A stretch of DNA of 64,000 nt from Rhodosorus marinus CCMP1338. Lineage: Eukaryota; Plantae; Rhodophyta. This document shows, piece by piece, positions 48,583 through 61,872 of the stretch. Made by a program: the position numbers and the translations under genes. The DNA is taken from the NCBI GenBank assembly GCA_029953675.1, contig JAMWBK010000005.1:3038001-3102000 (forward strand). The letters run 5' to 3'. Position 1 is the first letter of the stretch. Each line of letters opens with the position of its first letter. The notes under the pieces are model-generated. The model saw only the letters and a list, made by a program, of their open reading frames with translations, had not been told where the DNA came from and made no database searches.

Positions 48583-50143
48583 AAGGGGCTTGGCTGTGGT
48601 GAATTTCCAAACTATGTTGTCTGCTCCAGACTCTTTTACAAATTTGGAAGCTTAGGAAGAAAGTAGTCCAGTGATTTATTAGTTAAATATAACAGAGCCT
48701 AATTTGTATACACGATCTTCTCCAATCCACGTGATCCGCAGTGGCATTTTGAATGTGGTTCTGGCTTTCTATGTACACGCGTGAAACCTAGCTCATACCC
48801 GCAGGAAGGAATGGGATCTGATATTCAGTGATCGCGATTCGTACGAAAACCGTCAGAGTTTTTCTGGAGCTCTCAGGATCAAAAGGCGAAAGTGAAAGTC
48901 TCCTAGAGATCGTGCTATCCTCAGTCGAAAGATGGTTAAGTATAAAAGGTAATCTACACGGCTTTTTTCAGTAGACTGTCGTGAGTTATTAATGCATCAT
49001 CGGCACACTTCGCTCCAGGAGACATTCCACTTTCGCCCAAGACCGATCACTATTCGCGACTCTAACAAAAAAACAAAAAACAAAACATGAAATCCATGCC
49101 GAAACTCATTACCTCACCTCCTATGTTCAAAATCCTCCATCCCGCCTCCGATCTTCACATCACGTCGTCTAAGAATCCTTCTTAGACCCTTGAAATCCAA
49201 AAAAAGAAAAGATATCTATATAGATCATATCCAATATCATCCCCAAGCGAACCCGATCTCAATCTACAAGCCTTCACCCTCACCGCCGGCGTCTCTTGGG
49301 CAGCTCAACGCAGTTGTATAAATAAGTCTTGATATGTGATTGCACCCTCAACGCTCGCCGGACTGGGACAAGCAGTGGGACATCCGGTGTTGTCCCAGTG
49401 GGACGTTAAACTCCTCTTTTTGCATCTTTTACTTGTTTTGAGTGAGGCAGCGTTGGAAACTCTGAGGTCTGAACACGAAGCGATTCGGGCATTGCTTCGC
49501 TTCGCTTTGAAAGTTCTGGGATCACTTGCGGAATCACATTATTATTCGCTGCTTTTGGACAGATATGATAGGTTTGCGGATGTGGAGGCGATGCAAGATC
49601 GACGCAAATCGGATCATGGATGTCACTCCTGGATGACGGAAGACGGTACCTCCCTTGCCTCTTACGGAGGCTTCCATGTTACAGAAATTGTGGGATTAAG
49701 AGTACACAGGGAAGCCGATGGAAAGAAGGGAAGACAAGAACAGGGACTCGAGCCAGGTAAAAGAACGGAGATTCTTGGACGGTGATAGCGGGTGTTATCC
49801 CTGCGTCTCAGTTTGCGCTGAATAGACTCCGGGTTTCACCCACGCAAACTTTGGTATGAGGGAAATTGTAGAGTGGTTCCAACCCGGTTGGGCCAAGTTC
49901 CTTAGTCGGGTTCAAAAGAGAGATTGAGTTTAGCCGTTATTGCACACGAAGCCGGAAAATCGTTGATCGTTTATTAGTCTAAGAACGTGGGCAACGTTAA
50001 AGAATAGTTACTGGTGTTGATTCGCGCCGCAGGTTTGCAGAGCGCAGATGTTCACGAAAAATTTGTTTCGCTCGAATCAGGTTCAACGAGCTGCCGTCCA
50101 GACCATGGATTTCACCGCTGGCAGAGTAGCTCAGCTCCACAGT

Positions 50144-52327
50144 TTATAGGGGTGCGTATGGCATCATCTCCACAGTCTTGAACTCCGCAAGCATGCGCTG
50201 GAATTCTTCCGCCGTCATGGTCTCGTTCTCTACAAGCCTCTTCGCAACAGCGTCAAGCAAGTTCCGGTTATCCAGCAGCACTTTCTTTGCACGCTCGTAA
50301 GCGTTTGAGACAAGTCTTTTTACTTCCTCGTCAACCTTTTCGCGTGTGGACATGCTCATCGGCGCACCGCTCTGAGCCATTTGCCTCCCCATAAACGGAT
50401 TCGCGGGAGAGTCGTCCAGAGCCAGCTGGCCGATTTCCTCAGAAAATCCAAACTGGGTTATCATCTGCCGAGCGACGCGTGTAACCTGTTGGAGATCATT
50501 GGACGCACCGTTCGTCACGTCCGCGTCGCCGTACACAATTTCCTCGGCGAGCCTCCCACCAAGGGCAACAGCAAGCTGTCCTTCAAGGAACTGCTTCGAA
50601 TATAGACCTGAATCCACACGGTCTTCGTTCGGAGCGAAAAACGTTACTCCTCCAGCTCCCCCGCGAGGAATTATAGTGATCTTTGCGACTTGGTCATAAT
50701 CGTGGGTCATTGCCCCAACGATCGCATGGCCAGCCTCGTGGTACGCAACCAGTTCCTTGTTTTCAGGGCTCATACCCTGCGACTGCCTTTCCAGCCCAAT
50801 AGTGAGCCTTTCAATTGCGTCATCAACTTCCCTCATGGTAATCTCAGTTTGGTCTCTGCGTGCAGCGTAGATGGCTGCTTCGTTGAGCATGTTTTGCAAG
50901 GACGCTCCGGAGAAACCTGGAGTCCGTCTCGCAATCATGTCAATGTCAACATCCGCCGCAAACGGTTTTCCACGCCCATGAACCCTGAGGATAGCGGCCC
51001 GACCCTTAAAGTCTGGAAGCTCTACCATGACGCGTCTGTCGAACCTTCCCGGTCGCGTGAGGGCCTGGTCCAGGATATCGGCCCTGTTCGTTGCCGCAAT
51101 GACTATCACGCCGTTGTTTCCTTCAAACCCATCCATTTCTACGAGGATCTGGTTCAGGGTTTGCTCACGTTCGTCGTTTCCGCCGGCGAAACCGGCTCCT
51201 CGCTGTCTTCCAACTGCATCAATTTCGTCGATGAATATAATGCACGGTGCCTTCTCCTTTGCTTGCTTGAAAAGATCCCGTACTCTGGACGCACCGACAC
51301 CGACAAACATCTCCACGAATTCTGAGCCCGCGATCGAGAAGAAGGGAACCGCTGCCTCTCCAGCAACGGCCCGTGCGAGGAGGGTTTTTCCGGTTCCCGG
51401 AGGGCCCTCCAACAGGACACCTCGAGGTATTTGAGCCCCCAGATCGCTGAAGGTCTCCGGTTCCTTCAAGAACGTGACTACCTCCTGAAGTTCCAACTTC
51501 GCTCCATCACAGCCGGCGACGTCGCCAAATACAACACCAGTCTCAGGTACCAGCTGAAACTTTGCCTGTGAACGTCCCATTTCCATGGGGTTGATTCCCC
51601 CACCTCCACCACCCATTCCACCTCCACCACCGGACCCCCCTTGGGATAGTCTCGACAGGAACCACAAACTCCCAATGAAGAAAAGCGGAAATAGCAAGGA
51701 CTGGAAGAACGCACCCGGGCCTCCCTCTTCCCTTTGCGGAACGACCGTAATATCGACCTTGTGTTCAGTCAGGGTCTTCATCAAGTTCGGATCATCAGGA
51801 AGGGCATCAAGACGCACAAGATAACCATCCTTGTCCGCCGCAAGGATCTGGCTACCATCAGCTGAAAAGGTGACCTTCTCAATTTCGTCCTCTTCCACAG
51901 CATCCATAAACTTGGAGTAGCGCCACTTCGATATTGTCTTGCTCTTAGACGCACTATTCTCCGGATTCATCTGCTTCTGGGTTGTTGAGCTCGTTTCCTT
52001 AGGGGCGTTCTGCAGACTCTGTTGAAACATAAGCCTGCTCTCCCCCTCTGCGAGCGCAGGCGAAACAGCGTAAGCGGTGACCACCATAGCGCTAAACAAC
52101 GCCAGTGCGGCCTTCTTCACCGGCTTCTCGTGCTTACATCGGAGGTCCTCGAAAAACCTATCCAGACGTTTCAGACCTCCAATCAAACCATCATTATCAT
52201 TCGGTACTCCTACCATCATCACCCGTAACCCACAACCAAACCGAGATACTCCACCTCCCCACCCATTGACCCGAAAGCCATTTCGGAAGACTAAAGAGGC
52301 ACCAGAATTTACAAACCCGATTTCCAT
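50144..52327 (-). CDS. ftsH: Plastid thylakoid FtsH AAA+ zinc metalloprotease (FtsH1/5, type-A-like)
   Basis: Intronless 727 aa. Transit peptide MEIGFVNSG, hydrophobic segment ending in ALA, 'WRYSKF', Walker A GPPGTGKT, Walker [12 protein letters not shown], and HEAGH. Confidence 0.97.
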   Translation of the reverse strand: MEIGFVNSGASLVFRNGFRVNGWGGGVSRFGCGLRVMMVGVPNDNDGLIGGLKRLDRFFEDLRCKHEKPVKKAALALFSAMVVTAYAVSPALAEGESRLMFQQSLQNAPKETSSTTQKQMNPENSASKSKTISKWRYSKFMDAVEEDEIEKVTFSADGSQILAADKDGYLVRLDALPDDPNLMKTLTEHKVDITVVPQREEGGPGAFFQSLLFPLFFIGSLWFLSRLSQGGSGGGGGMGGGGGGINPMEMGRSQAKFQLVPETGVVFGDVAGCDGAKLELQEVVTFLKEPETFSDLGAQIPRGVLLEGPPGTGKTLLARAVAGEAAVPFFSIAGSEFVEMFVGVGASRVRDLFKQAKEKAPCIIFIDEIDAVGRQRGAGFAGGNDEREQTLNQILVEMDGFEGNNGVIVIAATNRADILDQALTRPGRFDRRVMVELPDFKGRAAILRVHGRGKPFAADVDIDMIARRTPGFSGASLQNMLNEAAIYAARRDQTEITMREVDDAIERLTIGLERQSQGMSPENKELVAYHEAGHAIVGAMTHDYDQVAKITIIPRGGAGGVTFFAPNEDRVDSGLYSKQFLEGQLAVALGGRLAEEIVYGDADVTNGASNDLQQVTRVARQMITQFGFSEEIGQLALDDSPANPFMGRQMAQSGAPMSMSTREKVDEEVKRLVSNAYERAKKVLLDNRNLLDAVAKRLVENETMTAEEFQRMLAEFKTVEMMPYAPL

Positions 52328-54349
52328 ACTTTTGGTTTCAACAGAACAAAATTTCTACAGGATCTTCTTCGCCATGATTCAGTCCAGAACACTTCTTTGA
52401 AGCTTCATCCAGCTTCTCCCAAAACCCCGACCTCCTCCCCCACCTTCCCCCAGTCCCCCCCCTCCTTCATCCTTCCACCCGGTCGGTGCCTTTTCTACTA
52501 AATGCTCTTTTTTTTTTCCTGGATCTCTTTCGTCATCGGTTTCCATTGAAAATTCTAAATAATGGAAATAAATACTTGGACAAAACATAACCTGAACGAA
52601 TGATACCAATCCTAGAAGAATCTCATTTTTTCTCTCGAAATTCAGCCAATCATGAGATCTGAATACTTATATTTACTTTTCAGAGGCTCCAAATCCGTCC
52701 ATACACTGTACTTTTGGGACGATTCTTTTCCTTGAAAATATGAAATATATTGGCATCTTGGAAAATCTATTGGTATATTTTTGAGATTTTCAAGACCCTG
52801 GATGTCGAATGGAATTCTCTCGTTTCCTGTCTCTGAGCTGCAAGTCGTGGACATGGACAACTGTTCGAGAACAAATCTTATTATTTTTATAATGATTGGA
52901 CAAAATAAATATTATTTGATTGATATTTAAGGGAATCAATTTTTTGCAAAGATTTCAGGGTGACTTATGTGTTTGGGGCAGTTTGTGGGTTAGACGGTTG
53001 GAGGTAACCTGAGCGGATTGAGGACGTGGAAGTCTTGTCGGACTCTTGGGGTGTGACTATCAGTAAGAGTGAGAGCCAGTTTTTGGAAGTTCTGAGAAGC
53101 CACTCATCAACAGGTTACAGTGAGCGAGTCCACGGGGGTGGTTTCCCTGCTCATTGCAACTGAGGCTTTCAATAGCTTGGTTCGCTGCGGAGGTTTCATA
53201 CCACCACTATCAGGGATTGAAGCGCATTAGACACCATGCCAACAATGTGCTCAAGCACTTGGGAACTAGAGTCCACGTCGTCTCCATCCAAGATCTACAT
53301 TAAATCATGAGTTAGAGGGGAAGCACCCTTTCCGAATCAAGGAGCCCTCAATCCGACGACCCGTGGACAAGCATCGCTTTGTGGATTCTTCATCGCTAGG
53401 TCACTAAACTCTTGCCGCGTACAAACGACTTCCAGGAAACTTTCTTGGGCATTGATTTTTTTTTTGAGATATCTGATTATTATTTCCAATTCGAGCTCTA
53501 GAGCGTGAAATTACTTAAAACTCGAGCACCTGATTGTTCCCATCAAAGAACGTCGGAAAAATAAAAAACAAAATGATCGAACCGAACGGGCACAAAATAA
53601 CCCTAAATCAATTTACGTAAACTTATTTTTACGAACAAAAATTGACCTTTTTTAAAATATTTTAAAAAGGCAATTGAAATAGAATAGAAAAGAAAAAGAA
53701 ATTTCCAGTTACGCTTGGACTGGTTTCTAGAAAATTTCATAAATTCAATTTTAGGATCGTTTATATGTCAAAAATTAATAAAATTCCGCACGCAAAATTT
53801 TTAAAATACTTTAGGTAAAGGCGTATCCCATCCTGATGCATGACGGGTTGAAACAAAATCATAGTAGGGGTAATACAAGAATGAAAGTTTTAGTATTAGA
53901 GTTTGAATTTATTAATAATAGTAAAGATATGGAATAGTAATTGGTATTGAAGAAGGGTTAGAAAATTTGCTTAATAGTGTATTCGATTTTGGGGTTTGGG
54001 GGGGGTGTTGGGTGGTTTAACCCTGGTTTGTTTATATATGGCGGGCTTGTACTGTAGGGTTACGAGGGTTACGTTGGGGAGAGTGAGAGGGTTGGGGGTT
54101 GTGGAGAGGATGAGTGGTTTGTTGATGATCTTTTTTGTTGAAGAAAAGGATGCTATATGCTGTATGCCTTTTTTCAGAAATGATGGTACGGGTTTTGAAG
54201 TTTTGCGGGCTGGTTGCTGAATGATGTTGATCGTGGTTGGTTGAGAGGCAGTGAGGGTTAAGAGGGTTGGGGTGTGGGAGTTGAGAGAGGTTGCAGATTT
54301 TTTTTTTTCTTGCGTGGGGGTGGTGCGTGCACACAGTGTGAAGGGAAAG

Positions 54350-56309
54350 ATGGCTGAGGATGAGCGCAACGTCCATTTCGAGTTCGTGGCGCTGGATTTT
54401 CTGGCTACGGAGATCAGTTATGTGAAGCTGATGCTGACTGGGGTTTCCAAGCTTGGCGAGGTGTTTGCCGACGATGAGGAGTATCACCAGATGCTCCTGA
54501 GGAGGATGTGGACGACTTGGCTGATTCAATTGCGGGAAGCGCTCGAGGAGTACCAGGAGAACGGATGCGAAATCGAGCACTTTCCAGCGGAGCTCCTCGA
54601 GACTGGCACAGACTTCGGGAGCATGGACGAAGCCTTTTCTAAAGACGATTTTCCGGAGCGCAGAAAATTGTATCGCGTTCTGGTGGATCTGGAAAGTATC
54701 TTCTGGTTGGACCAGCTGACGGCTCCTGATCTGTTCCAGGATTGGAGCGATGAAGTGGAGGATAAGTATCTGTCTACTGAGCCAACTGGGGACCTGTACC
54801 GCTCTCTGCGCCGCATTCGGTGAGCTTTGCGCCTGTATCCCCCAGGTCCCGGTAGTAGCGCTTCTCTGATTTTTGTTTTTATCTTCTCTTTGCAATTCTC
54901 GTGGAACCAGGTGCGAAGACTTTGCGGCGATGATGTTCGACGGAGAGGATTCTGCCTATAAACGGATACGACAGGTGAAAAAAAGAATCTTGAATGTTAG
55001 ATCGCTGTTGGCGTTTGTCGACAAGATCGTTGGGTCGTCCTCGAATGAGCTAGATGCCCCGGTGCTGGTTAAGGCCATGAAGCGTTACCGACACTACAAA
55101 AGTTTCAATGAGGATGCCGATGAAGAAGTTCCACGGCTGAGCTCGCGTCCATTGAGAAAGTTTGATAAACGACATGGCACAGGTCGATATAGAGGTCTTC
55201 GGGAACTGGATGGAAAGCGTCTTGTTCACGGTGGTGAGAACGGGGTGAATTCTGATGAGAGCACGGATTCGAACGAATGTGAATCGGGCTTTGCCAACTT
55301 AAAGATGAGGAAGCGAGAGCGGTCGGCGCAACACCAAAAAAAGCGAACTCGACCTGGGGCAGATACGTCTGATGACGATGACGAAGGCGATGGCAGCAGC
55401 ATTGGCCGAGAGGGAAGAAGGCATCGGGAAGCACATGGCGGGGATACGGATGGACCCAACCTCAAGGACCTGAAGAAGGAGTGGCGGTTGAGCAAGGGAA
55501 AGCTTCCATTGAAGGCAATCACCGGAAAGAGCTACGAGGACGCCTACTCCCTCATGTCCGCAAAGCAGAAACAACTTGCAACTCACTCGGAAACGCGAAT
55601 CACGGAGGAACTGAAGGAGGCCTCTTCAAAGCTGAAGTCTGCGATTGGCAGTAAAGGGGATCAGGATCCGCTTGATCGGGCTCTGAGAAAACTCCCAGCC
55701 AGCATCACCAATGAGGAGGCTACTCAAAAGTCTGCACCCCGCCGGTCCAGAAGGCTGAGCGGGGCTGCCGCAGACGAGAACAAAGGTGACGACGCCAAGG
55801 CGGGTGCGGCAGCTGGAGCTGGCGGGGGAGCGGATGCAGAGGGCAACGAAAAGCAAGAGGACATCCCCATTGCTGCAGGGGAAGGGAATGCGCGCGGCGT
55901 CGAAGCAGGTGCGGACGGCGATGAAATGGCCGAGGAAGAAGGCCAAGAAATCCGAGGGTTTTCGTCAGATGAGGAAAACTCCGGAAGCGAATCTGAAGCA
56001 CGGGCTGCGGAACGGTTGGAAGCAAGCAAAGGGCTGAAACGGCCGGCGGGGAGAGCCAGCAAAGAACACAACAAGAAGATGAAAACTGCGGATTCAGATC
56101 AAGTGGCAACACGAGCTCACGGTCGAGGTATTCTTTACACGACTGAAGAGGACGCCATGCTAGTTTCCGGCTTGCGCAATTTCGGATGGGGGAGATGGGC
56201 GGCGATTCGCAACGCGGGTAAATTCCATCCTACGCGCACAACTACATCCCTCAAGGATCGTGCCCGCAACTTGAAGCTGCATTCTTCGGACTACCCCGAA
56301 CAAGACTAA
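54350..56309 (+). CDS. Telomere repeat-binding factor-like protein (C-terminal telobox Myb)
   Basis: Exons 54350-54819 and 54911-56309. Helical N-terminal region, long charged disordered linker, and C-terminal 'YTTEED.ML.SGLRNFGWGRWAAI...RTTTSLKDRARNLK'. Confidence 0.75.
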
Positions 56310-57827
56310 CAACACTGGTTTCAATGGCTCGATCTAACGTATCGAGCACTGTGCCATAACTGCAAAAGGCTTTGGGTCAAAACGCCGGGAGGTCAGTTGT
56401 ATCTAATCACAAAGATTTTCGGCCTAGAAGATCGCATATTGTGCCGGCGAGCACTTTCCGTAGAGACGAAGCCGGTCTTTCCTTTCGTGACTTCCATTGG
56501 CTGTTGAGATAACTAAACATTTGAGTCTCTCAGGACGAGAGCGACGGTACCGAAGAGATAGCCTCTCCAGCTTTCATTTCGAAGACTCTCCCACTTTTGC
56601 TTCTGCCATCTCTTGCATTTCCTTACGCATTTTCTCCTCAGCTTTGACATACTCAGGACTAGTCCGTTGACAATTGTCGTTTGGTTAGATACTCCCCGAA
56701 AAGAAAACCTATGCCTAACACGTCGGATTACTTACTCAATTCCCGCATCGAAGCTCCCCGAGTTCACAAAAGCTCCTCGTTTGGGAGCGTTGAATTTCAA
56801 CGGCCTATCAGCTTGAGTAAGCTGGTACCCGCCACTACCACGTTGCCCACCAGACGCCAGGTAAAAAGGGAGCGCGAAAAACCCGCCCCCAACAAGCACC
56901 GAAATGACAACGCTCGGCCACAACCGCCTAGGCCGACCAAAGCTGCGCGGCCTTCTAGCCATCCAGATATGAATCTCAACCCCAATTCCAAAACCAATAT
57001 CAATGATCAACTCGAAACGAAAGATCTGACGACTAGACAGTGCCTACCTGATTGCGTCGCCCACGATGTTTGAAACTGAAAACAACATCTGGTTCTATGT
57101 TTTCGTTTATCAGGCGCAGGATCTTAACATTCAGCTAGACGAGCTGAGACTTTCGTCGGTAGCAGTTTGAGGGATTCCCTGACTACAATGACTTCCGAAA
57201 ACATCGAGATTCAGATTTGCCGTCGTGAGGAGCTCTAGGAGACTCTTGGGACTACTACCATCAGTGGCAGGGTGGCTAATTTAAGCAGCTTGCTCAGCAC
57301 CGGCCACCACCTGGGGGTTGTTGATGTCGCAAAGCTGTGGAGCGATGTATTCCAACGTCGGGAGTTTGCCTGTGGCCGTGGCCGGATGCGCACGAGTGGA
57401 CACACGGCTGCGAAATCTCTTGCCTTGAGCCTGCAAGCTGAATGCATAGACACACGAAACTGACCAGGCCTTCACCGGAAGTGAGCGAGGAAAATGAGTG
57501 GTATGTTGCCGGTTTCTTGGGGTAAAGCATGACTGTTCGTCGAGCTAGATGCGGTTTTCGTCACCTCCTGCTTTGCCAGAGCTGATCAGTGAAGCGGTTT
57601 TACAGTGTTTCTACAGTTCGAAAGAGCTAAAGCATTTTTTCTAGCCTGTCTCGTTCAGGCGAAACAAGAAAAAGCTGGAAAATGTTAGGTGTTTTTGGGG
57701 GTCGGTGGTCTGCCGATCTCAGTCTGTAAACGGAGACGTAGGGAAGAAGACCCCTGGCTACGATTCAAAAGTAAAACCAGTGGTGAATGATGTTGATAAC
57801 TGAATAAGAAGCGAAAACCCAGTTCAA

Positions 57828-58745
57828 CTAGTCTTCAACTTTGATCTCGAATATGCTTCTCTTGGCGGCCTCACGAAATGCGCCGACCTTCTTGTCTTGA
57901 GGTACAAGCGCCAGGTAGTCACCCAGCATTCTCATGGCTTGTTCATAGTACAAGAACGCCTAAGGAACCGAAGAAACTTCGACTGTCAGCGCATGTTCTA
58001 GATCTATGACGAACGTAAGGTTGGGGAGAGGCTTCCAGCCGAAACTTGATGAAACCTACCTGCTTTTGATACTTTTCCTGTTCGGGGCTGATGCCTTCGT
58101 CGCTTGGAATGAAGATTGGTGTATACACTGAGGCGTCCATTTGCGTGAATACGTTTTCCAAATCAGCCATAATCTCAATGCCCTGTGGATACGCGTTTGC
58201 CCGGTTAGTTGCTTTCCTACAGTAGATTGTCTGGATGATTTCAGGGATTCGCACTTACTTCCAAAGGATCGTCCATGATCTCCGAGAAAATTTTCATGTT
58301 AGTTTTCAGTCGAAGGTTTCGGGTGCAGTAGTTAATATTCGTTCTGGCTCTATCCCATTCCCCCTTTGCAATATACTTTCTCACGGGCTTCATTACTCGC
58401 TCACACTGTTGTCCACGATCCGCGAAAAAAGAGGAAAGAAAGAGGAAAGCGTTGGTTCAGTGATTTGATCTACCCGAAGAAGGTGTCCGAAAACAGAGCA
58501 GTTTCTGCTTCGATTACCTCACAAATTCGTAAGAGGCTCGTGTCTATCGGACTCATTTTCGAAGCCGCGGCCGGTCCAGATACCCCCATAACCATCAACC
58601 CAGCCAACGCACCCAACATCATCCTCCTTTCAGAATTTTCCTCACATCCCGCATTGGACATAACAACTTCCTTTTTCCTACAAACCTGTCTCTGTCCGTT
58701 TCTCCGCTCCAATACAGAGCTCATGCCACTTACAAAACATTCCAT
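57828..58745 (-). CDS. Thylakoid-lumen PsbQ-like protein
   Basis: Four exons. Transit peptide MECFVSG, twin-Arg 'ERRMML', hydrophobic stretch, and AAA cleavage. Mature region contains 'YIAKGEWDRARTNINY' and ends 'YEQAMRMLGDYLALVP...KVED*'. Confidence 0.7.
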
Positions 58746-60755
58746 TCCTCCTCAAATCAATGGGTCATCAAAAACAAAACGAACAATGTACACACCAGCC
58801 GGCTTCCCTTAACAGAACAAACTCCAATATGTTCCTCCGCTCACCAACATCCCTCCGCAGTTAAGCATGCCCAATTGATCTACACAGATCTCAGACTATA
58901 AACCGAAACCCCCGAGCAATTTCCAGACGGTGGTGACCATGTTCGCGCGCTCGTGGCGCCCGATACACGTGATCGCGGGAGTCGTGATCGCGCGGGAGTC
59001 TACCGACTATGCGCTTACATGATCATCGGGAGATCGTGATGTCATTCCTGGCCACAATCGCGATCGGGAGGTTTGTTTTTGTTCTTTTATGATCAGATGA
59101 TCCCTAACGAACTTGCTTAATCCAAAACGCTGCTGTTATCGTGAGATAACTTGTCACTGGCTTCTGTCGGTGACAACTCCAAACCTGTCCCAACCCCTCC
59201 CCCTTTTCCGCGGCGACCCGCGGCATTAGGCGGGACTTTGCCAAATTTTTGTCCCAATTCCGCCGAGGTTACAAAAAAAAGAAACAAAAAACAGAGCTCG
59301 AGAACCAGAATCCGAAACTTCTCCAACCCCAAAAAAATATTTGATCAAATTTCAAAAAAACATTTTGAATTTCGAGCTCCGAGCTAGACCCGAGATTCTC
59401 TGTCCAATGAGATATCAACCATGCATAAAATTATACTAAGAGCATAGGTTTTAGAATGTTTTATGATATTAAAGTAAAGTTATTATGAAAATAATATTAT
59501 CTATGTCCAATTATTTCCATACTTACAGCTCGAACTAAGAAATTATCCAATTATAGGATATTAAAATAAGGACAGCTGGCTAACTATATCCAATGGAGAG
59601 ATAGTAGGATTGTTTTTGCAGAAAAACCATTTTGAGATTTTTCACCGGCAGTGAAAAATAGGATCTATTTCTATATTCATATGTGAACTTTATTATGTAT
59701 AATAGTATTATTATGTCTATCTGTCCGTAACCTATTTCTGTTATCAAGAATAAAAATATGTATTCTAGGGTACGAATAGATTGGAGATTTATGTGAATTA
59801 TGCAAGTTTTATATCGGTATGTCTTTTTTACGTGTTTTGCACAAGGCTCGACTCTAAGAGCGTGTACCCCTTGACCAGAAGTATGACCGAAGCCACTGTC
59901 TGTGAGTCTGCTGGGTCACACTGGTTAATTTGCAGCCCCTGCTTAGAAGACAACCATCATCAAAGTGCCCTCAGTTGAGTATCCAAGCCAAGCTTTCACA
60001 GAGCGCCTCAGTCCGTGAACTTGCAGTCGCGTATTGCCTTCTGCCTTTGATTTCCTTTGGGGTGGTGGAATTCGCTCATAACGGAATGTTCAAGTTGCTT
60101 ATGTTGTTGCTTTCGTGATCCTATCCGTCGTCTTGCTCCGACGCGTCTCTGAACCTCTGACTCAGCGGCAAAGCAAGGTTTTGTGATTCCGTGCTGGAGA
60201 GCTGGTCCTTATCCTTTCTCAGGTTATGTCGTTGGGCTCTGAAGAAGACAGAAACAGAACATCACCATGTCGTACCAAACCCCTTCTCCAATAAGAATTT
60301 TCTTTTGTTGATATCCTTTATGGGGTTGTTTAGATCGAAGCGTGAGTTTTAGAAACCGCCCGATCCTGGAATCCCATTGGGCATTCGAACACGTTGAGGA
60401 GGGTATGCATGAACGATACATCCTGAAAAATCGCCTCGGAACCTCAAAGATGATATAAACGGTCAAGCTCCGGGCAATCAAGTTCTCCTTGCAACGCAAA
60501 CCTAGCTTTGTAGAATCTATAAAAGCACCCCAAGAACCACCTCAAGTTTGAGAGGCGGATGGAAACGTGTGAAATTTTTCCGCGATTGAGGAAGGACGGG
60601 CTTTTGCGAGCAGCCCACGGTGGCGGAATCGATATATGATTAGGGCGGTGAAGAATTGGCAGTCGGGGTAGAAGAGAAGATCTCGTTTTTGTTTCGAAGG
60701 TTTCATTTGAGTATTTTGAGGACCTAACCTTGATTAGTAGGGCTGTTCATGAGGA

Positions 60756-61358
60756 ATGGAAGGGATGGGACTGGGTACTTGTTTTGTAGGTACGGGGGTA
60801 GCGGCCGGCGGTGTTGTAAACAGTCGGAAGTCGGCATGTCGACGTTCGCCTGTGGTGTCGATGGCGAAGGGCTTTGGAAAAAGTCAGTCGAGTGAGGATA
60901 AAATGCCCAATACGCAATCCGCCGGACAGGTTGGGGTGTGGCAAAAGGAGTACAAGGCGTTCCTCAACCGGAATGGAAAGGACATCTGCGCTATGTGCTA
61001 TGATGGTTACAGGCGCTTAGGCAGAGGTGCGGTTTTTGCCAATTACTCTAAGGCTATGGACAAAGCGGAGTCAGATATTGATCTTGCACAGAGTGTTCCG
61101 TCTATGTACGTCCCAATGGATAAGTTGAACGAGAGTGCGTCACGGCGTCCTTCTCAAGGGGGAGACATGAAGCACATCACTAATCGTGTGGCCAACTACA
61201 ACCCGGAGAAACAATTCGTAGTCGTGTTTGAGTGCAACGGTGTTATGGGTGCCGACATAGTAACACCAAATATGGAACCTCAGAAAGTATGGGACGAGAC
61301 ACGCGATAGAGCCTTCGACCCTCCCCAAACAATGAACTTTTGGACCCCTGGTCAGTAG
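60756..61358 (+). CDS. Plastid-targeted protein of unknown function, probably of cyanobacterial origin
   Basis: Intronless 200 aa. Transit peptide '...CFVG...', 'MAKGFG', and core motifs 'GYRRLGRGAV' and 'YNPEKQFVVV'. Confidence 0.65.
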   Translation: MEGMGLGTCFVGTGVAAGGVVNSRKSACRRSPVVSMAKGFGKSQSSEDKMPNTQSAGQVGVWQKEYKAFLNRNGKDICAMCYDGYRRLGRGAVFANYSKAMDKAESDIDLAQSVPSMYVPMDKLNESASRRPSQGGDMKHITNRVANYNPEKQFVVVFECNGVMGADIVTPNMEPQKVWDETRDRAFDPPQTMNFWTPGQ

Positions 61359-61872
61359 TAGGCCGCAAAACCTGCTAGTTTTTGAGTGTTCTTACAGATG
61401 TCCAGAATCGGTTCTTTCTTCGAATTTCATCAAACTGGCTATGTAAAATGAGATGATGACTCGCAGGAGAAAAGAGCCTCTGCGTGCGATGAATGGAATT
61501 GGATTGCACAACCCAGAAGCAAGCTGTTGGGCCTTTACATGTTCACAATATCCGTTCAAACATGTTGTGTTTATTTTATGCATCAGCCTGGTGATCTATT
61601 CTCCCCAGTGATAAAAGCAAACTCCTTCAAGCGTAAGAAAACAAAAATACAAAGTTCTATCCTTTGCACAAAAACGAAGCTTTCAAGTCTTCAAATCTAT
61701 CAAACGGCTATATACTGAGCTAGAGCAGCATAACACGACAAAACAAACCTCAGAAAGTGTCTGCCCAAGATTTCCGGAGGTCCGTGAGGTCAAGGCAGAC
61801 TAAAGCACAACCTATAGGGCTCTTTGCAACCAGCCCTCTCCCTTCAGCTGGGTATGCGCGTTAGCGTGCTTG

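Noticed and set aside
54032-56112. Numerous long antisense ORFs over the TRF-like gene, and similarly over FtsH, GR and TRAP-alpha
   Set aside because: They are shadow ORFs of genuine coding sequence with high GC, have no recognisable motifs and mostly start at non-ATG codons.
57281-57475. Kinase-like 'PTLEYIAPQL' motif
   Set aside because: No other kinase subdomains (VAIK, HRD, DFG) occur in any nearby frame.
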